NCBI GenBank assembly: GCA_040776945.1
Contig: JAXGZN010000002.1
Span: 192,001-256,000 of the forward strand
DNA from: Methanomassiliicoccaceae archaeon
GTDB taxonomy: Archaea; Thermoplasmatota; Thermoplasmata; Methanomassiliicoccales; Methanomassiliicoccaceae
DNA length: 64,000 bases
Reading direction: 5' to 3'
Position numbers and translations under genes: made by a program. Each line of letters opens with the position of its first letter. Position 1 is the first letter of the stretch. The notes below the pieces were generated by a model that made no database searches, was not told the DNA's origin, and worked only from the letters and a program-made list of their open reading frames with translations. This document shows, one piece after another, positions 30,024 through 42,262 of the stretch.

Positions 30024-30806
30024 ATGAGCATGAAAATCGTGATTTCTGGAAAGGGAGGCAGCGGGAAGAGCACGATAACCTCCCTTCTGGCCATGGACCT
30101 CATAGATAGAGGCTACAGAGTTCTGGTAATCGACACCGACGAATCCAACTATGGTCTGGAGGCCCTACTTGGAATCGCGTATTCTCAAGAGCTGATGGAC
30201 CATCTCGGCGGCAAGAAGGCGGTCGGGGAGAAGATGAAGGCGGCGTTCTCCAAAGGCGCCAATGAACCGGCCATCCCCATCTTCGACAAATCCTGGAGCA
30301 TCGACGAGATACCGAAGGAGTGCTTGTCCACGAAAGGTTCCCTGGGCCTGCTGCAGATTGGGAAGGTCAAGCATTTCGGGGAAGGTTGCGCCTGCCCGAT
30401 GGGAGGCCTGTCCCGGGATTTCCTTAAGAACCTGAGGTTAGGTCCTAAGGACATCGCCATTATCGACACCGAGGCAGGAGTGGAGCATTTAGGCAGGGGA
30501 GTGGCCAAGGGAGCCGACCTAGTAATGGCCGTACTGGACCCATCCTTTGAATCGATAAGGCTGTCTGGTAAGATCAGGGAGATGGCGGAAGAGGCCGGTA
30601 AATCGGCGTATTTCATATTAAACAAGGTCGAGGACGACGCCGCCGAACGCATGATGAAGGCCCTCGATCCCAAAGAGATAATCGCGGTGATACCGCGGAA
30701 CAAGGAGATCGAACGACTCGGTCTTGACGGAAAGCCCCTCGGCCCTAACGTGGACGGGGTTTCGGACATAACCACGTTCGTCCTAAGGTCGATGCCAGGG
30801 GCGTGA
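30024..30806 (+). CDS. CooC/AcsF-like MinD-type ATPase
   Basis: GKGGSGKS, GCACP and DTEAGVEHLGRG. Confidence 0.88.
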   Translation: MSMKIVISGKGGSGKSTITSLLAMDLIDRGYRVLVIDTDESNYGLEALLGIAYSQELMDHLGGKKAVGEKMKAAFSKGANEPAIPIFDKSWSIDEIPKECLSTKGSLGLLQIGKVKHFGEGCACPMGGLSRDFLKNLRLGPKDIAIIDTEAGVEHLGRGVAKGADLVMAVLDPSFESIRLSGKIREMAEEAGKSAYFILNKVEDDAAERMMKALDPKEIIAVIPRNKEIERLGLDGKPLGPNVDGVSDITTFVLRSMPGA

Positions 30807-30810
30807 TGGG

Positions 30811-31944
30811 GTGAAGCGTGCTTATCTAGCTGTGGGCGCGGTAGCTATCGCGGCAATGGTGGTGATCACCGGCCTTTATGTGGTCATGAACAGCGGCGGA
30901 AAGAGCGATGATACCGCACCGGAGAGGATAACCGTGACTGACATGTTCGGAAGGTTGGTGGAGGTTCCCAAGGGGGCCGATAGGGTCATCGCCGCGGGCA
31001 CGGCCGCGCTGCGCTTCGTTACATACCTGAACGGGTCGTCGATGGTCATAGGGGTGGAGGAGTTCGAGAGGGACATGTCTCCTTCAGCTCTCGGAGGCCG
31101 GGCATATGCCATCGCCCACCCTGAGTTCTCCACGCTGCCAAGCGTGGGACCTCAGTTCGGCGGCGACGCAGAGCTGATGGCCAGCCTGAACCCTGAGGTG
31201 ATATTCTATTCCCCGCGAAACCAGCAGGGAGCCGATTGCGACACTCTGCAGAACAACGTCGGCATACCGGTGGTCGGCCTAAGCACCACTGTGGACCTGA
31301 CCCGAAACATCGACCAGTTCTTCAAGCAGGTCGATCTGGTAGGCGAAGTGCTGGGGACCAAGGAGCGCGCTACCGAGCTGAAGGCGTACGTCAGCTCATT
31401 GATCGACGACATCGGCACTAGGGTCAAGAACATACCTCAAGAGGAGCGACCCACCGTTTACATCGGAGGACTGTCCTACGGTAGCAGCCACGGCCTGGAC
31501 TGGACGACCATCAATTATGTCCCGTTCCATTACCTGGGGGCCAACAATGTCATCACCACCGATCTGCTGACCACCGGTACCGGTCAGATCAGTATCGAGG
31601 AGGTGTGGAAAAAGGACCCGGAGTACGTGTTCGTGGACCTAGCCGGACTGTCACTGGCCAAACAGCAGTACGCTCAGTACAAGGACTCTCTTGATGAGGT
31701 CACCGCCTTCCGCAACGGGGACGTCTACGGCGTTCTGCAGACGAACTGGTATGCCAGCAACTGGGACACCGTTCTCCTTTCCTGCTATTATGTGGGAAAG
31801 GTACTCTATCCTGAGAAGTTCGCCGACGTGGACATCGCGAACAAGGCCGACGAGATCTATACTGTGATGGTAGGCTCCGCGATATACGACAGGTTGGTAG
31901 ACTACACTGGAGGTACCTTCGGAAAAGTATCCCTGGCCTATTAA
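30811..31944 (+). CDS. Iron-chelate/cobalamin-type ABC substrate-binding protein
   Basis: N-terminal TM anchor, TVTDMFGRLVEVP, LNPEVI. Confidence 0.85.
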   Translation: MKRAYLAVGAVAIAAMVVITGLYVVMNSGGKSDDTAPERITVTDMFGRLVEVPKGADRVIAAGTAALRFVTYLNGSSMVIGVEEFERDMSPSALGGRAYAIAHPEFSTLPSVGPQFGGDAELMASLNPEVIFYSPRNQQGADCDTLQNNVGIPVVGLSTTVDLTRNIDQFFKQVDLVGEVLGTKERATELKAYVSSLIDDIGTRVKNIPQEERPTVYIGGLSYGSSHGLDWTTINYVPFHYLGANNVITTDLLTTGTGQISIEEVWKKDPEYVFVDLAGLSLAKQQYAQYKDSLDEVTAFRNGDVYGVLQTNWYASNWDTVLLSCYYVGKVLYPEKFADVDIANKADEIYTVMVGSAIYDRLVDYTGGTFGKVSLAY

Positions 31945-31991
31945 AACCTCTTCCTTCCCTTTATTTCAAAACAAAGCTAAGTGGTGCTGAT

Positions 31992-33023
31992 ATGGCCTTC
32001 CTTGACATATTGGAGCCTCCCCGGCCTGACGCGGGACCGGTGATAAGGCAGATTGAGACCGCGTTCGACGGTTTGCGGAGATCGTTCCTCCTCCGTCAAT
32101 CTCTAGAGATGGACATCTTTGAACGAATGGGCGGCGGGAAGAGCGCGGAGCTCATCTCGGCTGAGCTGGGCACGGACGTAGTAATGACACGCCTGTTCTG
32201 CGACGCCCTGGTATCCTACGGCCTCCTGGTCAGGTCCAACGGGGACTATGCGAACTCGCCTTGGGCAGACGCCTATCTGGTGAGGTCTTCCCCCTACTGC
32301 TTCAGACAATCCTTGGAAAGATCCCTGGCAGAGATCGACGGTTGGCACGACCTAGGCTCCATACTAAGGAACGGACCGAGGATCATCGAGCGCTCTCAAT
32401 TCTTCAATGACCTATGGATCCGCAGCATTGCCGCGATGGCCTTGTGCGGAAGCGTGCAGAAGGTGACCGCGGAGGTCTCTGAGGCGATCGACCTATCTTC
32501 GGTCCGGAAGATGCTGGATATAGGGGGCGGACACGGGCTGTACTCCATAGCTTTCTCCGCCCGTAATCCGAACATGGATGTCTATGTCCTCGACCTTCCG
32601 GACATGGCCCCGGTTGCCAAGGAGTACATCTCCCTCTACGGCGCCGACAAGGTTCAAGTCATGGCCGGGGATTTCACCAAGGACGATATTGGCTCTGGGT
32701 ATGACCTGATATTCTCCTCCTTCAATCCCAGTGGCTCGGAGGCGGGTATGATATCTGTGCTCAAGGACGCCCTGGTCCCCGGAGGGTGGCTGGTGGTCCG
32801 CCAGTTCACCGATAAGGCCAGGAACGACCCGCTTGCCAATCTCGGCTGGAACCTGGTCAGCCTAGACGGTGACCGCCGTCCACGCAGGAGGTTCTCTGGA
32901 CCGAACACCATATCCATCGATGAGTACAACTCCGCGCTGGTCGAGTCAGGTTTCAAACCCGTGCGAAGATGGGCCGTCGACGAGATGTCGGACATCACGG
33001 TGATGCAGAATCAAGGTGACTAA
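31992..33023 (+). CDS. Class I SAM-dependent methyltransferase with N-terminal wHTH dimerisation domain
   Basis: LDIGGGHG, LDLP and AGDF (O-methyltransferase family 2 pattern). Confidence 0.85.
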   Translation: MAFLDILEPPRPDAGPVIRQIETAFDGLRRSFLLRQSLEMDIFERMGGGKSAELISAELGTDVVMTRLFCDALVSYGLLVRSNGDYANSPWADAYLVRSSPYCFRQSLERSLAEIDGWHDLGSILRNGPRIIERSQFFNDLWIRSIAAMALCGSVQKVTAEVSEAIDLSSVRKMLDIGGGHGLYSIAFSARNPNMDVYVLDLPDMAPVAKEYISLYGADKVQVMAGDFTKDDIGSGYDLIFSSFNPSGSEAGMISVLKDALVPGGWLVVRQFTDKARNDPLANLGWNLVSLDGDRRPRRRFSGPNTISIDEYNSALVESGFKPVRRWAVDEMSDITVMQNQGD

Positions 33024-34130
33024 ATGTTCCTCCCGCGAAACAGAACAATGGCGGAGATCGAAGGCCACGGGAGCGCGGGTTCGGACCCCACAGAGAGATA
33101 TTTTCGTCATACCTCCAGAAAGGCCATGTTCTTGGTGGCCTGCGGTGCCGTCCTGTTCGTCATAATGTTGTTCTCCATTACCGTGGGTACCTTCTCGATC
33201 CCATTGGAGGATGTCGTTCGAGCCCTGTTCGGGCAGCAAGGCACGTACTACAACATCGTATGGAACATCCGCCTTCCCCGGATAATGGCCGGCATAGTCG
33301 CGGGGGCCTCCCTTGCGGTGGCGGGGACGGTCATGCAGTGCGTCCTTAGAAACCCGCTCGCTTCCCCTTATACCCTGGGCCTCTCTCAGTCCGCAGCTTT
33401 CGGCGCGGCCTTCGCCATAATTTTCCTGGGAGCCGGTTCGACCATGGCCAGCACAACGTCCTCGGTCGTGGTCAACAACCCCTATACGGTCACTCTCATG
33501 GCGTTCATATGGGCGATCGTTGGCACCACGCTCATAATGCTCTTATCGGCAATGACTCGGGTCTCGCCTGAGGCCATGATCCTCGCTGGAGTGGCCATAG
33601 CAGCAATATTCCAGGCAGGGATCACCGCCCTCCAGTTCTTCGCCGACAGTGTACAGCTGTCAACCATGGTCTATTGGACCTTCGGGGACCTGGGAAGAGT
33701 GACCTGGGAGCATCTGATGATACTCGCCGCGGTCCTTGCGCCCATCCTTATGTATTTCATTTATAGCCGCTGGAGCTACAACGCAATGGACGCTGGCGAA
33801 GAGACAGCGAACGGCCTGGGAGTGAATACCAAGCGTATGAGGATGGTGGGCATGGTCCTATCCTCCATGCTTGCGGCAGTAGTGGTCTCGTTCATGGGCA
33901 TCATCGGATTCATAGGCCTAGTCGCCCCGCATATGACACGGAGGATCATAGGAGGGGACCACCGATTCCTAATCCCCGGTTCCGCGCTGGTGGGAGCGAT
34001 ACTTCTCATGGGCTCGGACACCATAGCCCGTACGGTGATATCGCCGTTGGTCATCCCCGTGGGGGTCATCACCGCGTTCCTCGGCGGTCCATTGTTCATA
34101 TATCTGCTGATAAAGGGGTATAAAAAATGA
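33024..34130 (+). CDS. FecCD/BtuC family ABC permease
   Basis: IRLPR, RNPLASPYTLG, IIGFIGLVAPH and PVGVIT. Confidence 0.92.
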   Translation: MFLPRNRTMAEIEGHGSAGSDPTERYFRHTSRKAMFLVACGAVLFVIMLFSITVGTFSIPLEDVVRALFGQQGTYYNIVWNIRLPRIMAGIVAGASLAVAGTVMQCVLRNPLASPYTLGLSQSAAFGAAFAIIFLGAGSTMASTTSSVVVNNPYTVTLMAFIWAIVGTTLIMLLSAMTRVSPEAMILAGVAIAAIFQAGITALQFFADSVQLSTMVYWTFGDLGRVTWEHLMILAAVLAPILMYFIYSRWSYNAMDAGEETANGLGVNTKRMRMVGMVLSSMLAAVVVSFMGIIGFIGLVAPHMTRRIIGGDHRFLIPGSALVGAILLMGSDTIARTVISPLVIPVGVITAFLGGPLFIYLLIKGYKK

Positions 34131-34879
34131 TGCTAGATGTAGACGGAGTGGAGTTCAGGTATCGAAGCACCTCGGTACTGGACGATGTAAGCTTCTCGGT
34201 GGAAAGGGGCGAAGTGCTTTCGATCCTCGGGCCGAACGGGGTAGGCAAGACCACCCTGCTGAAATGCATAAATGGCATCCTGAGGGCCAGGAAGGGAACG
34301 GTGCTGGTGGACGAGGAGAGCCTTACGTCCATGCCCCGGCCAGAGGTGGCCAAGCGAGTGGGCTACGTAGCGCAACGGAGCGACACTGGAAGGGTCACTG
34401 TGTTCGAATCGGTCCTCCTGGGCAGGAAGCCATACATCAGGTGGGACATCTCCAAGGACGACGTGCGTAAGGCCGGGGAGATGATCGACCGCCTGGGCCT
34501 TGCGCAGATATCGATGAAGTATGTCGAGGAGATCAGCGGAGGGGAGTTCCAGAAGGTCCAGATTGCCAGGGCATTGGTCCAGGAACCCAAGGTGCTCCTG
34601 TTGGATGAGCCGACCAGCAACCTCGACCTATGCAACCAGTGCCGCATTATGTCCTCGGTCAGAGAAATGGTGAGAAAGAACGAGATATCGGCGATACAGA
34701 CGATGCACGATCTGAACCTGGCCATTCGCTACTCGGACCGTTTCCTTCTGCTCAAGGGAGGCAGGATCTTCGCGGCCGGGGGGGTGGAAGTGATTTCCCC
34801 CGAGACCATTGAGGAGGTGTACGGCATTCCAGTGTTCGTGGAGATCTTCAGAGGGCAGCCCATGGTCATCCCGGCATGA
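34127..34879 (+). CDS. ABC ATPase (FecE/BtuD type)
   Basis: GPNGVGKT, ISGGE, LLDEPT and HDLN. Confidence 0.92.
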   Translation: MMLDVDGVEFRYRSTSVLDDVSFSVERGEVLSILGPNGVGKTTLLKCINGILRARKGTVLVDEESLTSMPRPEVAKRVGYVAQRSDTGRVTVFESVLLGRKPYIRWDISKDDVRKAGEMIDRLGLAQISMKYVEEISGGEFQKVQIARALVQEPKVLLLDEPTSNLDLCNQCRIMSSVREMVRKNEISAIQTMHDLNLAIRYSDRFLLLKGGRIFAAGGVEVISPETIEEVYGIPVFVEIFRGQPMVIPA

Positions 34880-34957
34880 TAGGGAGCATCGAGTCGTGTC
34901 CGATCATTGAACGACGGCCGAGAGGCCAAGATCGAACAAAACACATCTTTCTCAGAG

Positions 34958-37180
34958 CTAGAAGTCCAGCAGGCTCCTTTGCTTGCGGTCCTTCGGCTCC
35001 ACCCTTCTGATCTCCTGTCCGACCTCAGCCACCGCGGCCTCAACCGGCCGCTCGGTCCTTCTAGCCAGCTTGCCCGAGGTCACCTGCTCCTTGAGGCTCT
35101 TTGCCAGAGAGTCTCCGATCTTGGGTATGCGTGCCAGGCGAACAATGTCGACCTCACGCAGCGCCTCCACGTTCCTCACGCCGTGATTGTGCAGCGAGCG
35201 CGCCCTGGCCCGGCCGATCCCTCGCAGGCGTACCAGGTCCAGCAGCTCCGGCTTGACCCCGTAGCGGATACGGACCATCAGCTCGGTCAACATTGGATAT
35301 GCGTCCTTGTTGAATATGTTGGCAAGCTCCCGCATGGAGTACACAAGCCATTCGCCGACCTCCACCTTGTTGCGCAGATCGCCGGGGCCCATGCCGAACC
35401 TCTTGAGGAGATCGTCCTCCTCCATCTCCTGGACCCAGTCGTCCAGGGAGCACGCGGTCTTCACCTCGGCGAGATAGAAATCATACTGGTCAAGGTTCTC
35501 CGGCGGCTTGAGAAGGAGCTCCTGCTCCCTGGCGAGCAAGACCTCTTCCACCCACTGGTAATCGGAGCGCTTGAGGTACATCGTCATCATGTCCGGGGAC
35601 GAGCACACCGCGTGGAGGAGGCCGAAGTACGACGAGGAGGGCTTGAAAGAGCGCAGGGCGTCGCGGAGCTTGACCGCCGTCAGCGGATCTATGTACAGGT
35701 CCGAGACGCGGCGGCCGAAGAAGGTCGCCTGGATGCGATGGTCCTCGGTGCGCACCATCCCCTCTCGCTCAAGGAACCCGAGCACGTTGTCCGTCGCATC
35801 CTCCAGGCCGGCCATGGTGGTCTGGTGGGCGAAGAACGTCGAGTTCATGAAGTCCATAAGCGAGTCCCTGGAGGACGCCGTTCCCGTAGCTATCGTCGCC
35901 AGGACATGAGAGCGGAGCACTGGCTCGCTCCCCAGTTTGGAATAGATCTCCTCCGGCTCTCCAAGAAGGTAGTTGTCCATGAGGAAGGACCTCTCCTCCT
36001 CATCCCGGGAGATCAGTATCGCCTCCCCGTAGGGATCATAGCGCGGGCGTCCAGCGCGGCCGCACATCTGCTTGATCTCAAGCACCGGAATGGACACGTT
36101 GCCGCCGTTCTCGTAGCGGTGCACGTCCCTTATCACCACCCTTCTCGCCGGGAGGTTGATGCCGGCGGCAAGCGTCGGCGTCGCAACGATGCATTTGATG
36201 GTCCCCTTCTTGAAGTTCGACTCCACGAACCTCCTCTGCTCATTGGTCAGACCAGCGTTGTGGAACGCCACCCCCCTCTTCACGCAGGCGCTGAGCCGCT
36301 TGCCCACGGTCGTTGGCTCGCCCTCGTCTTCTATGATGCGGTCCGCGCCGTCCGTGGCCCCTTCCGGCATGACCTCCCTCATGAGCGGGGCGAGCTTGGT
36401 GGCAAGGGTCTCGGTCGACCTGCGGGTGTTCACGAACACCAAGCATTGCCCGCCTTCCAGGATGGAATCCTTCACCAGGGCCCAGAGGAGCTCCTTCTCC
36501 TTCGGTATGGTCCTCTTGGAGTTGTCGGTGAAGTATACCATCCCGTCGAGGTAAACGCCCTCCTTAAGTGGGGTCGGCCGCCAAGTCGAGGACACATGCT
36601 CGGCGTTAAGCCAGTCGGCCACCTCCTTGGAGTTCTTTATGGTTGCCGAGAGAGCGATGATCTGGAGCTCGGGGTTGAACTTGCGGAACTTGGCCAGGGT
36701 CACCTCCAGTGTCGGTCCCCGGCCTGGGTCGTGCAGGAGATGCACCTCGTCGGCCACTACCAGGGTGATCTGTCCGAGCCAATGGCCTTGGTGCCTCAGC
36801 AGGGAATCGGCCTTCTCCGACGTGGCCACGATGACGTCGAAGTTCTCAAGCTGCGGATCTGGAGAGTCCAGATCACCGGAGGACATCTCGACCTTCACTC
36901 CGAGCCTCTCGAACTTCCTTAGGTCTTCGTACTTTTCGGCAGCCAGCGCTCTCAGTGGCACGATGTACAGGACCTTGCCGCGCCGCTCAAGCACGTGCTT
37001 CATCGCCGCCAGGTAGGCTATGAGGCTCTTGCCGGACGCGGTCGGGATGGCAAGCATAAGGTTGCGTCCGTCCAGGGCCAGGGGGGCGGCCTTTGCCTGC
37101 GGAGGGTACAGCTCCCCGATGCCCTCTTCCATGAGCACATCGGCCACCCCTTCCGGCAGATCGAGATCGCTTACCTTCAT
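34958..37180 (-). CDS. hel308: Ski2-like DNA helicase Hel308
   Basis: PTASGKS, DEVH, LSAT, QMCGRAGRP and C-terminal HhH; ATG at 37180. Confidence 0.92.
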   Translation of the reverse strand: MKVSDLDLPEGVADVLMEEGIGELYPPQAKAAPLALDGRNLMLAIPTASGKSLIAYLAAMKHVLERRGKVLYIVPLRALAAEKYEDLRKFERLGVKVEMSSGDLDSPDPQLENFDVIVATSEKADSLLRHQGHWLGQITLVVADEVHLLHDPGRGPTLEVTLAKFRKFNPELQIIALSATIKNSKEVADWLNAEHVSSTWRPTPLKEGVYLDGMVYFTDNSKRTIPKEKELLWALVKDSILEGGQCLVFVNTRRSTETLATKLAPLMREVMPEGATDGADRIIEDEGEPTTVGKRLSACVKRGVAFHNAGLTNEQRRFVESNFKKGTIKCIVATPTLAAGINLPARRVVIRDVHRYENGGNVSIPVLEIKQMCGRAGRPRYDPYGEAILISRDEEERSFLMDNYLLGEPEEIYSKLGSEPVLRSHVLATIATGTASSRDSLMDFMNSTFFAHQTTMAGLEDATDNVLGFLEREGMVRTEDHRIQATFFGRRVSDLYIDPLTAVKLRDALRSFKPSSSYFGLLHAVCSSPDMMTMYLKRSDYQWVEEVLLAREQELLLKPPENLDQYDFYLAEVKTACSLDDWVQEMEEDDLLKRFGMGPGDLRNKVEVGEWLVYSMRELANIFNKDAYPMLTELMVRIRYGVKPELLDLVRLRGIGRARARSLHNHGVRNVEALREVDIVRLARIPKIGDSLAKSLKEQVTSGKLARRTERPVEAAVAEVGQEIRRVEPKDRKQRSLLDF

Positions 37181-37417
37181 GCCCCTTGCACCGATCCGCT
37201 CGCTAGAAGGTGCTGCGATTTCAAGGTTTCCACCGGGAGCGCGACCCTCCCGTCCGGCCAAGCCCCTTGGCTCTAGAGCAGGCACCCAGAGTCCGAAAGG
37301 ATGCGAGGTCGTTCTGAGAAAAGGATGCTGGCTCAATACCAGGAATCTCACGCTCGGGGAAACGCTTAACTAGTGGCACGATTATGGTATAAAAATAGAG
37401 ATAAGAGCAGGTGTAAC

Positions 37418-39394
37418 ATGAGCAATGACCCATCTGCCGCCGAGTTTGTTCTTGACGTCGACGATTGGATCGAGGGTCAAGATTTCCAGACAACAGCGGA
37501 CATAAAGATACCTGATAAACTGGCCGACCAGGTCATCGGCCAGGACGCTGCCGTAGAGGTCATCAAGAAGGCCGCTGAGCAGAAACGCCATGTCATGCTG
37601 ATCGGCGAGCCGGGCACCGGCAAGTCGATGTTGGCCAAGTCCATGACCGAGTACCTTCCCAAGGGCGAGCTCCAGGACGTCATCGCGTATCACAATGCCG
37701 AGGACCCCAATGAGCCCAAGATCAGGATCGTTCCCGCCGGAAAGGGCAAGGAGATCGTCAGCGCCCAGAAGAAGGAGGCCATGGTCAAGAAGCAGCAGAA
37801 GGGCACGATGATAACCTTCATCATGTTCATGGTGATCCTGGTAAGCTTCGCCATATTCTTCACCACTGGCGGAGAGAACTTCAACATCCTCCTGCTCGGG
37901 TTCATCGTTGTGGCCATCCTGTTCTTCGCGACCAGATACTCGGGCAATAAGCAGGAGAACTATCTCGTCCCGAAGCTCCTGGTGACCCATGAGGACGGGG
38001 ACCAGCCTCCATTCATCGACGCCACCGGAGCGCACGCCGGGGCTCTGCTGGGGGACGTCAAGCACGATCCGTTCCAGAGCGGAGGCCTGGAGACCCCGGC
38101 CCACGAGAGGCTGGAGGTCGGAGCCATCCACAAGGCGTCCAAGGGCGTGCTGTTCATCGATGAGATAAACATGCTGCGGATCGAGAGCCAGCAGAGCTTG
38201 CTGACTGCCCTGCAGGAGGGCAAGTTCTCCATCACCGGGCAGAGCGAGAGGTCCTCAGGCGCGATGGTGAAGTCCGAGGCAGTGCCGTGCGACTTCATCC
38301 TGGTCTGCGCCGGCAACCTGGACGCCATCCAGGGCATGCACCCCGCGCTCAGGTCGCGCATACGCGGCTACGGCTACGAGGTTTTCATGCGCTCGACCAT
38401 GCCTGATACCCCGGAGAACCGCATGAAGCTGATACGCTTTGTGGCCCAGGAGGTCTCCAAGGACAAGAAGATCCCCCACTTCGACCGCAAGGCCGTGGGG
38501 GAGATAATCAAGGAGGCCCAGAGGCGGGCCGGACGACACGGCCGCCTGACGCTCAGGCTCAGGGAGCTGGGCGGGCTTGTGCGTGTGGCTGGGGACATCG
38601 CCCGGGAGAAGCAGAGGCCGCTGGTCACCGCCGAGATGGTGGTCGCCGCCAAGCGCATCGCCCGCAGCCTGGAACAGCAGATCGCCGACCGCTACCTGGA
38701 GTCGCGCAAGGAGTACAAGACCTTCATCACCGAGGGCGACGAGATCGGGGTGGTCAACGGGCTCGCGGCGCTCAACACCGAAAGCTCCATGGCCGAGTTC
38801 TCCGGGATCGTATTGCCCATCGTGGCCGAGGTGACGCCTGCGCAGACCAAGTCTGGCGGCCGCATAATCGCCACCGGCAAGCTCGGCGAGATCGCCAAGG
38901 AAGCGGTCCAGAACGTTTCCGCGTTGGTCAAGAAGTACACCGGGGAGGACATCTCCAACCACGACGTGCACGTGCAGTTCATCGGCACCTATGAGGGAGT
39001 GGAGGGCGACTCAGCATCGATCAGCGTCGCGACCGCGGTCATCTCCGCGTTCGAGGACGTCCCGGTGGACCAGACCCTCGCCATGACCGGCTCGCTGTCC
39101 GTCCGCGGCCAGGTGCTTCCGGTGGGCGGGGTCACCGCCAAGATCGAGGCCGCGTGCGAGGCAGGGCTCAAGAGGGTCCTGATCCCCAAGGCCAACATGA
39201 ACGACGTGGTGCTCGAGGAGCGCTACATCGGCAAGATAGAGGTCGTTCCCGTGGAGACGCTCGGCGAGGTGCTGGAGAAGGCCCTTGTGGGCGGGAGCAA
39301 GAAGGACAGCCTCCTTCGGAAACTGTCCGCGCTGCTGGAGAAGGGCGGTAAGCCCACGATCCATCCGGTAAGGTCGGCCCCGGCTCTGCAGTAA
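37418..39394 (+). CDS. lonB: Archaeal membrane-bound Lon protease LonB
   Basis: GEPGTGKS, two TM helices in the AAA module, GDSAS and PVGGVTAK. Confidence 0.95.
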   Translation: MSNDPSAAEFVLDVDDWIEGQDFQTTADIKIPDKLADQVIGQDAAVEVIKKAAEQKRHVMLIGEPGTGKSMLAKSMTEYLPKGELQDVIAYHNAEDPNEPKIRIVPAGKGKEIVSAQKKEAMVKKQQKGTMITFIMFMVILVSFAIFFTTGGENFNILLLGFIVVAILFFATRYSGNKQENYLVPKLLVTHEDGDQPPFIDATGAHAGALLGDVKHDPFQSGGLETPAHERLEVGAIHKASKGVLFIDEINMLRIESQQSLLTALQEGKFSITGQSERSSGAMVKSEAVPCDFILVCAGNLDAIQGMHPALRSRIRGYGYEVFMRSTMPDTPENRMKLIRFVAQEVSKDKKIPHFDRKAVGEIIKEAQRRAGRHGRLTLRLRELGGLVRVAGDIAREKQRPLVTAEMVVAAKRIARSLEQQIADRYLESRKEYKTFITEGDEIGVVNGLAALNTESSMAEFSGIVLPIVAEVTPAQTKSGGRIIATGKLGEIAKEAVQNVSALVKKYTGEDISNHDVHVQFIGTYEGVEGDSASISVATAVISAFEDVPVDQTLAMTGSLSVRGQVLPVGGVTAKIEAACEAGLKRVLIPKANMNDVVLEERYIGKIEVVPVETLGEVLEKALVGGSKKDSLLRKLSALLEKGGKPTIHPVRSAPALQ

Positions 39395-39465
39395 AACCCT
39401 TTCCCATACCCCTTTTCCGGAACGCAATTTTATTTATCTAGCGCGGCCTCTCCGCACCGAGGTAG

Positions 39466-40475
<1,010 letters not shown>

Positions 40476-41867
40476 CCTCCTGCCCAGAGCTCCCCCTGGA
40501 CCTCTGGGACCTCCAGTAGATGAGGGACCCCACGACGATCCAGACCGATGCGATGGCCAGTGCTTCCAGGTTCAGGTAGGCCATAAGGCCGACGCAGGAC
40601 ACTATGCCCAGGACCGGAGGGAGCGGAAAGAGCGGTACGGTGAAGGAGCGCTTCGCTTCAGGCATGGTGCTGCGCAATCTCAGCATGGACAGGTTGATGA
40701 ACAGGAAGGTGAGCAGGGTGCCAAAGTTAAAGACCGCCGCCAGCGCCGCCAGGTTCCCTCGCGACGCGATGACCACCGCGGCCATGGCGGCCCCGGCGAT
40801 GATGACGGTGTAAGTCGGCACCCCTCTTTTCGACACCTTCCCCAGTGAGCGGGGCAGAACTCCCTTGCGGCCCATGGCGAACAGGGCGCGGGAGGCGCCC
40901 AGTAGGGATGACATCACGACCGAAGCGGTGGCGAACAGCGCGGAGATCGATACGAACCCGATGATCAACTGGTTGGAGGTGGCAGTGCGCAAAGCGGTCT
41001 CCAGCGGAGCGGCGCTGGTCGAGATCACGCGCCAATCGACCAATCCGACCTCCACAACGGACACGCCAATGTACAGCAGGGTGCTGATGAAGAACGCCAG
41101 CATGATCGCCCGGGGAATGTTCCGCTCAGGGCTTTTAACCTCCTCGGACATCACGGTTATGGTATTGAAACCCACAAAGGCGAAGAAGATCACAGCGGCC
41201 GCGGCGACCGTGCCGCCAGCGCCCATGGGGAAGAACGGCCGATAGTTCGAGAGATCGCCGGTGCCTATGAGGAAAGATGAGCCAACAGCGATGAACAGGA
41301 TCAGCGCGAGGACCTTAAGTATAACCAGCAGGTTGTTGGCCCCCGAGGCCTCCTTGACCCCCCGCATGTTCAGCATCATGAAAGCGAGCGGCAGAGCGGA
41401 GGCCACCGCGATCACGAACAGCGGACCGGACATGCCGATGAGCGGGCCAAGATAGGCCGCGAACCCGATGGCTACGGCCGCCGAGCCGACGACATAATCG
41501 AAAGATTTCGTCCATCCGACCAGGAAGCCCCATCGCGGGCCAAAGGCCTTCTCAGTGTAGATGAACGAGCCTCCCGCCTCGGTGATGAACGAAGAGAGCT
41601 CGGCAGAGCTCAGGGCGGTGAGGAAGGCTGTGACGCCGGCGAGGACGAAGGAAAGAATGACCGATGGGCCAGACAGGCCTGCCGCAACCCCGCTGAGAAC
41701 GAATATTCCAGCGCCGATGATAGCTCCGATCCCGATGTCAGTCGCCCCTAACAGCCCTAAACCTCGCTTAAGCTCGGCCATATCGCTCAAGTGAAAAATG
41801 GAGCAATTACGTCATAAAGGAACTGTCAATCCCAAGCTTCATATCCTGCCGACGCAAAGCGAGGAGC

Positions 41868-42227
41868 GTGAGCGTAGATCTGCTGGAAGATGTCCTGATA
41901 AGCCGCGTGTCCATGCTGGCGATGAGCAATCCGGAGCTGGATGTGGAGTGGGCCATCGTCAATAGCGAGTGGGGCGTTCTCACCATCAGCGAGAGCAGCA
42001 AGCTGATAGGATTCGAGTACGTCGAGTCGGACACCTCTCTCCTTCGGCCGGAACGGCTCAGGATGTACGAGGAGACGCTGAAGCAGGGCCTGACCGCCGT
42101 GGTCATAGTGCCCCAGGAGCTTTACCTGATGACCAGGGGCCGCGTCCTCAAGGCCCTGGGAAGCAAGGCTCCCGAGGTCCTGAGCTATGACTGCCTCGGC
42201 ATCACAGCTCTGCCGAGGCCATCTTAG
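41868..42227 (+). CDS. Hypothetical protein upstream of the RAD55/KaiC pair
   Basis: 119-aa ORF with a GTG start after GAGGAG. Confidence 0.6.
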   Translation: MSVDLLEDVLISRVSMLAMSNPELDVEWAIVNSEWGVLTISESSKLIGFEYVESDTSLLRPERLRMYEETLKQGLTAVVIVPQELYLMTRGRVLKALGSKAPEVLSYDCLGITALPRPS

Positions 42228-42262
42228 GAGCGAACCTTCTTAATGCTCCCGCCCGATACTCC

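Noticed and set aside
34907-36922. 671-aa plus-strand ORF
   Set aside because: Antisense shadow of hel308; long shadow ORFs are expected at this GC content
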